39,869 nt of DNA from a virus (lineage: Duplodnaviria > Caudoviricetes): IMG/VR virus record IMGVR_UViG_3300043416_000063, positions 1 through 39,869 of that record. One strand, 5' to 3'. The notes under the pieces were generated by a model. The model saw only the letters and a program-made list of their open reading frames with translations. It did not search any database and had not been told where the DNA came from. Positions within the stretch are counted from its first letter, which is position 1. Every line of letters begins with the position of its first letter. A program made the translations under genes and the position numbers. Shown here in pieces: positions 6,318 to 13,928 of the stretch.

Positions 6318-7804
6318 AATACCTATCCGTATGCTCCGGCATCGAAGCAGCGTCTGTTGCATGGCATCGGCTTGGCTACGAGCCTGTTGGATTTTCAGAG
6401 ATCGAACCCTTTCCTAGCGCGGTTCTCGCGCATCATTACCCTCACGTTCCCAATTTTGGGGACATGATCAAATTTCAGGAGTGGCCATTAGATGCAGGAT
6501 CAATTGACCTTTTGGTGGGAGGAACCCCATGCCAGTCTTTCTCAGTCGCAGGATTGCGACAAGGACTTAAAGACCCACGCGGAAACCTCATGCTTACCTA
6601 CCTTGCAATTGCTGCACGTTTACGGCCTCAATGGGTTGTGTGGGAAAACGTCCCCGGTGTCTTGTCATCAAACGGAGGACGGGATTTTGGTTCCTTCCTC
6701 GGGGGGCTGGGGCAATTGGGGTATGGGTTCGCGTACCGAGTGTTGGACGCTCAATGGTGCAGAACACACGGGCATCCCTGTGCCGTCCCGCAGCGCAGGC
6801 GACGTGTCTTCGTTGTCGGATGTCTTGGAAACGCAACCGCTGCCGCAAAGGTTTTGTTTGAGCGCGAAAGCGTGCAACGGCATATTAAAAAGAGCGGAGC
6901 GGCGCGGGAAGAAATTACCGCAGATGTTGAAGGACGCTTTGGAACAGGCTGCTGGTGGGACGGCGGAAACACCTCCGACACCCTGACCAAATGCGGAGCC
7001 AACGGGGCGCAGCGAATGCCCGACAAAGACAACTTTGGCGCGGTGTTGCAGCCAATTGCTGGTCCACTTGGTAATAGAGGTACACGCTCACACACGGAAC
7101 TTGATGGTCACGGCGCATATATTCCCGTCCCATACACTAAAGCTAAACGCGCCCAGTCTGATTCCGATGACGAGACATGGGTAGAGGGGCAGGTCAACCC
7201 TACGCTCTCGCTGTTTGATTGCGGAGATGTGCGGGCAACGACCGCAATTGCTTTCCACCCTACTCAAGACCCAATCAGCAGTACCGATGGGTCAGTTCAC
7301 GCAATTGGGTGCGGCAGTAGTGCGGGCTGCGCCACGCAGGCGGTGGCAATCCCACTTGATCTACGCAATAGCCAGCGTGACCCTGAGAAACACGACGCAC
7401 AGAACCGACAGGGTCTTGGCGTAGGAAGTGTTGGAGATCCAGCACCTACCGTAGATGCATCGTTTGTGCATGGAGTGGCGTGTTTCAAGAGTGGTCAAGG
7501 AGCAAAATCTAGGAGTATTGGTTACAGCGAAACAGTTTCTCCAACCCTGCCAAGCAACGCAGGAGGAAACACTACGCCCTCTTTGCTTCAAGCCATGACC
7601 GTGCGCCGATTGACCCCAAGGGAATGCGAACGCTTGCAGGGGTTTCCCGACGACTACACGCTCATTCCTTGGCGCAAGAAGGCGGCAGAAGACTGCCCGG
7701 ATGGACCCAGGTACAAGGCGTTGGGTAATAGCATGGCCGTCAACTGCATGGAATGGATCGGGGAGCGCATTGCCGCTGTTGAAGCAGAAAAGGAAACAAC
7801 ATGA
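6314..7804 (+). CDS. C5 cytosine DNA methyltransferase (orphan)
   Basis: Motifs I (SVCSGIEA), IV (GGTPCQSFS), VI (WENVPG), VIII (QRRRRVF), IX (RRLTPRECERLQGFPD) and X (KALGNSM). Long variable region. Confidence 0.95.
   Translation: MKYLSVCSGIEAASVAWHRLGYEPVGFSEIEPFPSAVLAHHYPHVPNFGDMIKFQEWPLDAGSIDLLVGGTPCQSFSVAGLRQGLKDPRGNLMLTYLAIAARLRPQWVVWENVPGVLSSNGGRDFGSFLGGLGQLGYGFAYRVLDAQWCRTHGHPCAVPQRRRRVFVVGCLGNATAAAKVLFERESVQRHIKKSGAAREEITADVEGRFGTGCWWDGGNTSDTLTKCGANGAQRMPDKDNFGAVLQPIAGPLGNRGTRSHTELDGHGAYIPVPYTKAKRAQSDSDDETWVEGQVNPTLSLFDCGDVRATTAIAFHPTQDPISSTDGSVHAIGCGSSAGCATQAVAIPLDLRNSQRDPEKHDAQNRQGLGVGSVGDPAPTVDASFVHGVACFKSGQGAKSRSIGYSETVSPTLPSNAGGNTTPSLLQAMTVRRLTPRECERLQGFPDDYTLIPWRKKAAEDCPDGPRYKALGNSMAVNCMEWIGERIAAVEAEKETT
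6492..6986 (+). CDS. Nested alternative-frame ORF in the MTase (possible beta-type subunit)
   Basis: 164-codon +1-frame ORF ending SLSDVLE...LSAKACNGILKRAERRGKKLP..LKDAL. Start codon uncertain. Confidence 0.45.
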   Translation: MQDQLTFWWEEPHASLSQSQDCDKDLKTHAETSCLPTLQLLHVYGLNGLCGKTSPVSCHQTEDGILVPSSGGWGNWGMGSRTECWTLNGAEHTGIPVPSRSAGDVSSLSDVLETQPLPQRFCLSAKACNGILKRAERRGKKLPQMLKDALEQAAGGTAETPPTP

Positions 7805-8016
7805 GCGCAGGGTTCTTAACCGTCACACTTCGTAGGCGTGATGAATCAATCATCATCCTCGACCCGACCGGGGAGGTTGTCGCTCAAATCTACGCAAACG
7901 TACAAGGATCAGACGCTCACGACCGTATCCGTGTATCAATCAAAGCAGACCAAAAGTATCGAATCACTCGACACAGGATTATCAATGAAAAAGCCACGCA
8001 AGTTTCTGACAGTTGA
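7801..8016 (+). CDS. csrA: Divergent CsrA/RsmA-like RNA-binding protein
   Basis: FLTVTLRRRDESIII...DRIRVSIKADQKYRITR parallels CsrA MLILTRRVGETLMI...QVRIGVNAPKEVSVHR. AAGGA SD. Confidence 0.6.
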   Translation: MSAGFLTVTLRRRDESIIILDPTGEVVAQIYANVQGSDAHDRIRVSIKADQKYRITRHRIINEKATQVSDS

Positions 8017-8308
8017 AGAAGTAGCCGCAGTTCGCGCAGAGGTTGCAGCTGGGGTAATGCAAATGGATGTTGCTGCCAAGTATGGCATCCACAAGACCAC
8101 GGTCAGTCGCATCGTTGGATCAACCCGCCGCGCACCGCGAATTACCCAGGTGCAACGCAGGGCGGTCATCCGCGATTACCTTGCTGGCGAAAGCCTCAAA
8201 GAGATCGCTGTAAGAAATGAACTTGACGGTAGTACCGTAAGCCGCATCTTGGATCGACAATACCTAAAGACAAAGGGCGGGTTCGTCCCGTACATGCCAC
8301 ATGCCTAA
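7985..8308 (+). CDS. Tandem double-HTH DNA-binding protein
   Basis: Two repeats ending in TTVSRIV and STVSRIL. Start ATG 7985 after AGGA. Confidence 0.8.
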   Translation: MKKPRKFLTVEEVAAVRAEVAAGVMQMDVAAKYGIHKTTVSRIVGSTRRAPRITQVQRRAVIRDYLAGESLKEIAVRNELDGSTVSRILDRQYLKTKGGFVPYMPHA

Positions 8309-8531
8309 TTCGCCCACACCAAACCCTGTTTTAAGCGACCATCCCGGCGGGGGGCGTTCCCTCGCCGGGGTGGAATTGTGCAAGGTCTTGCGGACCAACG
8401 CTCACGCTTACATGCCACAACTAGTACATATAGCTGCTGATGAAATTGAACGGCTTACTAAGGAAATAGATAGGTTTAGGCGCATGATGCCAGCGCACGT
8501 TGAGCGAATACTTTACGAAGGCGAAGGCTAA
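8301..8531 (+). CDS. Small hypothetical protein (AADEIERL family)
   Basis: HIAADEIERL coiled-coil motif common in small phage early genes. Start uncertain. Confidence 0.6.
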   Translation: MPNSPTPNPVLSDHPGGGRSLAGVELCKVLRTNAHAYMPQLVHIAADEIERLTKEIDRFRRMMPAHVERILYEGEG

Positions 8532-8533
8532 CG

Positions 8534-8713
8534 ATGCAACCAGGAAGAGGGGAATTTGACGAGGACATCGTTGACCGAATCAAGACTAGTGGAACAAGCG
8601 ACCCTCTCACCATTGAAGCAATGCAGGAAGTGGTGTACATCCGTGCGGAGCTTGCAAAACAAATCCGGGATTTGAATAAGGTGACGGCAGACATCAAGCG
8701 AAAGGCATTGTGA
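8534..8713 (+). CDS. 59-aa hypothetical protein missing from the ORF track
   Basis: MQPGRGEFDEDIVDRIK...EAMQEVVYIRAEL...KAL*. Fills the gap exactly and is TGATG-coupled to rusA. Confidence 0.7.
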   Translation: MQPGRGEFDEDIVDRIKTSGTSDPLTIEAMQEVVYIRAELAKQIRDLNKVTADIKRKAL

Positions 8714-9126
8714 TGGATCTTGAATTTATTGCGCTTGGAATTCCCGCGCCCCAAGGATCTAAGAAAGCATTCCGTAGGGGCAAGCACATTGCGCTCGTTG
8801 AGTCGTGCGCTCGGGTTAAACCGTACCGGGCAGCGGTCGCAGCGGCCGCGCTGGCTGCCGGCGCAAAGGTGCTGCACGGTCCAATCTATGTGTCGGTCAT
8901 CTTCAGCTTTGTGCGCCCAAAAAGTCATTTCAACGCAAAGGGCGAACTCCGGGACGCTGCCACCCGGTATGTGGGTCGCCCCGACATCGACAAACTTTGC
9001 CGTGCGGTATTGGATTCACTTACCGGGATTGCTTGGATTGACGATTCCCAGGTTGTTGCGCTTGACGCAAGCAAACATTATGGGCAATGCGCGTCAACCC
9101 ATCTGTTTATTCGACCGGGAACTTGA
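8713..9126 (+). CDS. rusA: RusA-family Holliday junction resolvase
   Basis: PAPQGSK and PDIDKLCRAVLDSLTGIAWIDDSQVV catalytic motif. Confidence 0.92.
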   Translation: MDLEFIALGIPAPQGSKKAFRRGKHIALVESCARVKPYRAAVAAAALAAGAKVLHGPIYVSVIFSFVRPKSHFNAKGELRDAATRYVGRPDIDKLCRAVLDSLTGIAWIDDSQVVALDASKHYGQCASTHLFIRPGT

Positions 9127-9180
9127 CACGACTATACGGGTGTGTATACTTGGCAACGTCAACGGCTCGTAGCCAATGAC
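9123..9180 (+). promoter_or_regulatory. Second early promoter with conserved leader hairpin
   Basis: TTGACA-N16-TATACT, then GTCA-AC-GGCT-CGT-AGCC-AA-TGAC. Confidence 0.8.
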
Positions 9181-9215
9181 CGAGCGCGGCGATCCGCGTA
9201 AAAAGAGGACTCACT

Positions 9216-10013
9216 ATGCAACGCAGCGAAACAATTGGAGAGTTGGCAAAGGCACTAGCGGCGGCAAACGGCCACTTAAAAAATCCCAACTTGGATGCGG
9301 TCAACCCGCATTTTAGGTCGAGGTACGCCAGCTTGGGTGCGATCATTAACGCGGTACGCGCACCGCTTGCAGCTCAAGGGATTAGCGCGGTTCAGACCGT
9401 TAGCAACGATGGCGGCTCGGTCGGCGTGACCACCACTTTGCTGCACTCAAGCGGGGAGTGGATGGCCGAAACGATTTGGTCTGCCTTGCCTGACCGTGCA
9501 ACGGTGCAGCAGTTGGGGTCGAGCATTACCTACCTGCGCCGATATTCGCTAGCAGCCATCACCGGGATTGTCGGCGAGGAAGACGATGACGGCAACGCCG
9601 GCAGCAGCAACGACCGTAATGACCGCCCTGAGCCTCGCAAGACGTTCAAGCCAACGGAAGCCAAGGGTGCGCCTGCGGCTGCTCCCAAGGCAATTGCGCC
9701 CCCTTCAAAGGCAGCACCCGTCAAGGCAGAGCCTGTAAAAGACAGGATTGTGTCCGACGCGTACCCCGAGGAATACGCCGGGGTATTCAAAATCATTCGC
9801 GTAGTAGCGCGACCAGGCAAGCCCTATGCCGTTCAGGCCGAGGGCGAACACGGCATTGCGTGGATTGCAACGAGTGTGGAGGGATACGCTAAATTGCTAG
9901 GTGACACTATTGGCAACTCTATCACACTTGATGTTGAGCGTATTGGCGACACCTTGCAGATCATGCGCTGCCTCGGCAACGTGCAGGCCGTGAAAGAGGA
10001 GGTTCCTTTCTAA
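9216..10013 (+). CDS. erf: ERF-family single-strand annealing protein
   Basis: NPHFRSRYASL, LLHSSGEW and GSSITYLRRYSLAAITGIVGEEDDDGN. Acidic EEVPF tail. Confidence 0.93.
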   Translation: MQRSETIGELAKALAAANGHLKNPNLDAVNPHFRSRYASLGAIINAVRAPLAAQGISAVQTVSNDGGSVGVTTTLLHSSGEWMAETIWSALPDRATVQQLGSSITYLRRYSLAAITGIVGEEDDDGNAGSSNDRNDRPEPRKTFKPTEAKGAPAAAPKAIAPPSKAAPVKAEPVKDRIVSDAYPEEYAGVFKIIRVVARPGKPYAVQAEGEHGIAWIATSVEGYAKLLGDTIGNSITLDVERIGDTLQIMRCLGNVQAVKEEVPF

Positions 10014-10516
10014 TGTCGCTCTACGCCATAACAACCGAAATGCAGGGTATCTTGGACGCAGTTCTTGATGGGGGTATCGACTCCCCCGAGGCGCAGGCCG
10101 CGCTGAATGAACACCTTGCGGGACTTGACGTTGCCCTTGAGAGCAAGGCCGAGTCTTACGCGGGGTTTATCAAGGAGCTTGAAATGCGTGCGGAGGCGCG
10201 AAGCAAGGAGGCTTCGCGTATCCGTGCGTTGGCTGCGGCTGACGATGCGCTGGCTACACGCCTCAAGGAAGGCTTGAAAGCAGCAATGGAACAGACGGGC
10301 AAACTCAAGATTGAAACGCCCAGGTTCAAGTTAAGTGTTGCTGCTAATGGAGGAAAACAATCGCTTGAAATTGATGACCCATCCGCGCTTGACTCAACCT
10401 TGCAGCGCATTGTCCGGGAGCCTGACAAGGATGTCATCCGAGCAGCCCTTGACAGCGGTATTAAAATCGCAGGCTGCCGCCTCGTTCCCCGAGGGACAAG
10501 CCTGCGAATTAGATAG
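10013..10516 (+). CDS. Siphovirus Gp157-family / Gam-like protein
   Basis: MSLYAIT...KAESYAGFIK...KIETPRFKLSV...PDKDVIRAAL..G..IAGCRLV...SLRIR. Confidence 0.88.
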   Translation: MSLYAITTEMQGILDAVLDGGIDSPEAQAALNEHLAGLDVALESKAESYAGFIKELEMRAEARSKEASRIRALAAADDALATRLKEGLKAAMEQTGKLKIETPRFKLSVAANGGKQSLEIDDPSALDSTLQRIVREPDKDVIRAALDSGIKIAGCRLVPRGTSLRIR

Positions 10517-10535
10517 CATTTCAGTAGCCATCCTC

Positions 10536-10639
10536 CCCTCCGCCGCTTGAAGACACGCCCCTAGGTGCTACGCACCTCGAATGACATCGGGCAGTCAGGA
10601 GCGGCGGGGGGTTTTTTATTCCCGTGAAAATCGACGGGA
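10536..10639 (+). terminator. Intrinsic terminator at the convergence of the two operons
   Basis: CCCTCCGCCGCT/AGCGGCGGGGGG followed by T6. A second hairpin TCCCGT/ACGGGA lies at 10620-10639. Confidence 0.7.
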
Positions 10640-10750
10640 TTACTTCTTGAACTTCTCGGTCAGCCAGGTAATCGGAGCGACATGGGCAAGCAAATAACCA
10701 ACCAACAGGGTTACGCAAGCAAACCACAAGCTTCCAAAGAAAGATTCCAT
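10640..10750 (-). CDS. 36-aa single-TM protein missing from the ORF track (holin-like?)
   Basis: MESFFGSLWFACVTLLVGYLLAHVAPITWLTEKFKK*. Starts 2 nt after the upstream stop and ends at the terminator. Confidence 0.65.
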   Translation of the reverse strand: MESFFGSLWFACVTLLVGYLLAHVAPITWLTEKFKK

Positions 10751-10752
10751 AA

Positions 10753-11241
10753 TCAAGCCTTTCTGCGCGATTGCGCTTTGCGGAATGCAGCGTCAAACTC
10801 CGGGTCTGATCGCATTGCCGCTATCATTTCCCGCCCACTTTCGGCGCGGCTCGGGTCAAGCATATCGACTGCAAGTTCGGCTTGACTGACCTTTTTCCTA
10901 GGCAACCAGCCAACCATGACCCTTACGGCAGTGCCAAGGCCTGTCTGCCACAGCAACACCACCACAGCCACCACAACCGCCGCTATAGCAATCCATGTCA
11001 GCATGGACATCCAAGCAGGGGTCTTGTCCTCAACGCCTCCTAGGGCGATGTGGATCCCTGCGGCAAGGGTGTCAATACGGGTCGCGCCTGTCACCACTAC
11101 CGGGTCATTGACTGCCATGCCGTGGTCGGCAAGCAACTGAGCCTGGGTGCGGATCTCGTTTGTGTTGTTGGCAATGCGGCTGACGGGCGAGCAGCCGCAT
11201 AACACAAACATCAACACAAGATTATGTTTGTAGTTAAACAA
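10753..11241 (-). CDS. Lipoprotein with internal TM helix (spanin-like)
   Basis: Lipobox LVLMFVLCG-C and TM segment LTWIAIAAVVVAVVVLLW. Probable TTG start at 11241. Confidence 0.65.
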   Translation of the reverse strand: MFNYKHNLVLMFVLCGCSPVSRIANNTNEIRTQAQLLADHGMAVNDPVVVTGATRIDTLAAGIHIALGGVEDKTPAWMSMLTWIAIAAVVVAVVVLLWQTGLGTAVRVMVGWLPRKKVSQAELAVDMLDPSRAESGREMIAAMRSDPEFDAAFRKAQSRRKA

Positions 11242-12265
11242 GTGCTGATAGGTTGGTGGCAATTTCTGCCGATCCGGTGTCGTTTGGGTGAACGCCATCA
11301 GAAAGACGATTAGTGTTGTTTGTCATGATTGACAAACCATCAATGTAAAACGTATTTGCGTCGCCTGCGGCCAACTCAGCCGCCAGCATTGCACTTCGAT
11401 AATTAGAAAGCTGATACGTTGCACCAGTGTTCGGAGAGTAAATCGGAGAAATCACATAAATGGCAGCAGATGGCAATGCCGCACGGGCGTTAGTAATCCA
11501 TCCTTGCACAGCAGTTTGAAATGTTGCCGGCACAGTTTGCGCTACGAAATTGTTGTAACCAATCATGTAGGTAACAACATTGCAACCAAGACCAGCAAGA
11601 GCAGATCCGTGACTAGCAACCGCCGTAGCACCACCGTTTGCAATGTTGACTAATTGTTTGCTTTCTGCAACCGCTAAAAGGTACGGCCATGTTGTTGTGA
11701 CTTTTGAAGCCGCTGACCCTTGCGTAATACTGTCACCGCATACTGCAATTTTAGTTGCTGGTCTTGACGGGGCGGTGAATGTTGCTCCTGTGTTGACTTC
11801 AATCTTTCGCAATTCAAAGCCAGTCCAATACGGCCAAACAATTGTCACTGTCTTGGAACCTGCTGAAAAGCTTATTTCAATTGTGACAATCCCAGCCGTA
11901 TCCCAATTGTTACTCCAATTAAACGTCTTGACTTCCACGCCATCTACAAGGATTGCTCCAACACTAAACGCAGTAGATATATCGGCGTTGTAAAGCACTA
12001 ACGTGTTGTGATACATGGACACGCGCAAAGAGGTAGCGGTTGTTGTGAACGATACGCGGCTCCCAGGGGACGCATTTTCAAACTGATATCCATCTGTGAT
12101 CGGACGAACAAACCGAAGCGTGCTTGCGGATTGCTCCGCAATAGACGCGTAATCCGAAACAGTAAACGCAGTTGAATTCGGCGCGTATTGCGTCCACGAC
12201 TTTGTTGTTCCATTTAAGCCGGGACGGCGAAATCGCCTGAACGCATTGGAAAGCCTGTTTCTCAT
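11234..12265 (-). CDS. SGNH/GDSL hydrolase (putative tail-associated esterase)
   Basis: GDSITQG, IGYNN and DGVHP blocks. TAATG coupling at 12265. Confidence 0.88.
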   Translation of the reverse strand: MRNRLSNAFRRFRRPGLNGTTKSWTQYAPNSTAFTVSDYASIAEQSASTLRFVRPITDGYQFENASPGSRVSFTTTATSLRVSMYHNTLVLYNADISTAFSVGAILVDGVEVKTFNWSNNWDTAGIVTIEISFSAGSKTVTIVWPYWTGFELRKIEVNTGATFTAPSRPATKIAVCGDSITQGSAASKVTTTWPYLLAVAESKQLVNIANGGATAVASHGSALAGLGCNVVTYMIGYNNFVAQTVPATFQTAVQGWITNARAALPSAAIYVISPIYSPNTGATYQLSNYRSAMLAAELAAGDANTFYIDGLSIMTNNTNRLSDGVHPNDTGSAEIATNLSALV

Positions 12266-13437
12266 TAGATTGTCGCCCACAATGCGCCCATGCTGCCGCT
12301 GTTTGCCTTGAATTGCAATTCAATCAACTCATGGCCAATTGCGTCAACAAGAACTGATGCCAATTCTACGTTTGTTGCTGTTACCGTTGATGGTCGATAG
12401 ATTGACGCATCGGGACTGATGGCAACTTGTGATGCGGTGCTAAACAAATAATTTGGCACGTTGTTTACAGTTGCACTTGGGACTGTTCCTGTGGAATACG
12501 TCAAAGTGAAATCTGCCAACACAGTTGAGAAGTAGAACTTTGTAGGACCATTAACAGTGTCAATGGCTTGTACTGTTGAAGCAACAGTTGTTACATACGG
12601 AGATGCAATTGTTCCCCATTCAACTTGTCCTCCCCACAACACAACTCCCTTGGTGACATCTGAGGTATATGACCCAACACCCCAATTGCCACCGCTTGCT
12701 GGTGTTGCTGTGTCACTTGGAGAAGTCAAGAAATATTGTATTTGACGGCAAGTAACAGCCACGCGATACCACGAATTGCCAACGCTTGTAACCGTTGCGG
12801 ATGGAGTAGTGGTGAACCACGTTCCTGTGTTGACAAGATCAGACTGCGTAATACTGCCCGTATTTAGATCAACAGTAACAGCGTAGTAAGGACCACTAGA
12901 GGCGTTGCCACCGCAAATAGTTACGTATTGCCGACCTAGTCCACCCTTGACATAGATCGAATGTGTGCGGATATCGGTAGATGCGCCGGGAGCTCCTAAA
13001 TCACGACCAATGTAATGGGTGACAGCAGCTCCAGTTTCAAGAGCATAATCTGCGGTCGTTGTTCCATCCGGTGCGGCAGTTGCATTAATAGAACCGCCCG
13101 TCACTGCAAGGTTAGATTTGATCCATGCGGCATTGTCTAATTCTTGGCTATAGGTGATAAGGTTTGTGTAATACCTTGGAAGCAAAGCTGAAGTCCACCC
13201 AACAACTCGCATGCCAACGCCAGTAGCGTTGTTCACGGTGCTGTATGGCATGAGTCGAAGTAGGGTTGGACATTCCGTATTGAACTCATAGATAACGCCC
13301 GAGCTTGGCTTTGTGCTTGTTGGTGCTGCTGATCCATAACTTGCAGAAGCAGCGGCCTGGCTTAAACGTCCATAGGATGGCTGACCTGTAGAGAGAAATG
13401 ACCAATCAGCAGAATTGAGAGCGATTCCATTTGGCAT
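12265..13437 (-). CDS. Virion spike/fibre-like protein with beta-sandwich insert
   Basis: TNLITYSQELDNAAW...WYRVAVT...LWGGQVE..TIASPYV is typical of phage head/tail spike domains. Confidence 0.7.
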   Translation of the reverse strand: MPNGIALNSADWSFLSTGQPSYGRLSQAAASASYGSAAPTSTKPSSGVIYEFNTECPTLLRLMPYSTVNNATGVGMRVVGWTSALLPRYYTNLITYSQELDNAAWIKSNLAVTGGSINATAAPDGTTTADYALETGAAVTHYIGRDLGAPGASTDIRTHSIYVKGGLGRQYVTICGGNASSGPYYAVTVDLNTGSITQSDLVNTGTWFTTTPSATVTSVGNSWYRVAVTCRQIQYFLTSPSDTATPASGGNWGVGSYTSDVTKGVVLWGGQVEWGTIASPYVTTVASTVQAIDTVNGPTKFYFSTVLADFTLTYSTGTVPSATVNNVPNYLFSTASQVAISPDASIYRPSTVTATNVELASVLVDAIGHELIELQFKANSGSMGALWATI

Positions 13438-13446
13438 AGTGTTCCT

Positions 13447-13671
13447 TTACTTGAAGGCGTGAATGAGGTAGTTCGCTGTAATGCTCATGCCGGCTCCAAT
13501 AGCCGCTGACCAACCGAGCATGTAGCCGCGTGAGTATTCAAGAGATCGAATGCGCTCGTCGTGTTCCTTCAGAGCGTCCGAGTGTTGAGTGTGCATTGAG
13601 AGCAATGAATCCACCTTGCCTTCTAGGCGACCTATTGCGAGAAACAGTTCTTCGTTGTGGGAGGAAGTCAC
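13447..13671 (-). CDS. Coiled-coil + C-terminal TM protein (holin/XhlA-like)
   Basis: IGRLEGKVDSLL...DERIRSLE followed by a hydrophobic helix. Confidence 0.7.
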   Translation of the reverse strand: MTSSHNEELFLAIGRLEGKVDSLLSMHTQHSDALKEHDERIRSLEYSRGYMLGWSAAIGAGMSITANYLIHAFK

Positions 13672-13919
13672 GCCAACCAGCTTTCACCCAAAGATACGCT
13701 GTCAGCAAACGCCGTCTTGTCTGCGTCGGTAGCCGACGTAATGATTTGCGGATGAACCATGCAGCCACGAAGGTGGTCGACATTGCGGCGAACCGTAGCG
13801 TTGTTGTCGTCGTTGTGGACGTTTGCGGAAACAAACGCCGCAATTAACAAGCACGAATCGTGCGATGCCGAAATGTATTGTGCAAGTTGTTCTGGTGTCA
13901 GTGTTAGTTCGTCGCTCAT
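13668..13919 (-). CDS. Small tail-fibre-associated protein
   Basis: Follows the tail fibre. VRRNVDHL motif. GTGA overlap with the next gene. Confidence 0.7.
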   Translation of the reverse strand: MSDELTLTPEQLAQYISASHDSCLLIAAFVSANVHNDDNNATVRRNVDHLRGCMVHPQIITSATDADKTAFADSVSLGESWLA

Positions 13920-13928
13920 GTTGTTTCT

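Noticed and set aside
10521-10796. 91-aa minus-strand ORF
   Set aside because: Runs through the terminator. The 36-aa TM ORF in another frame fits the gap better.
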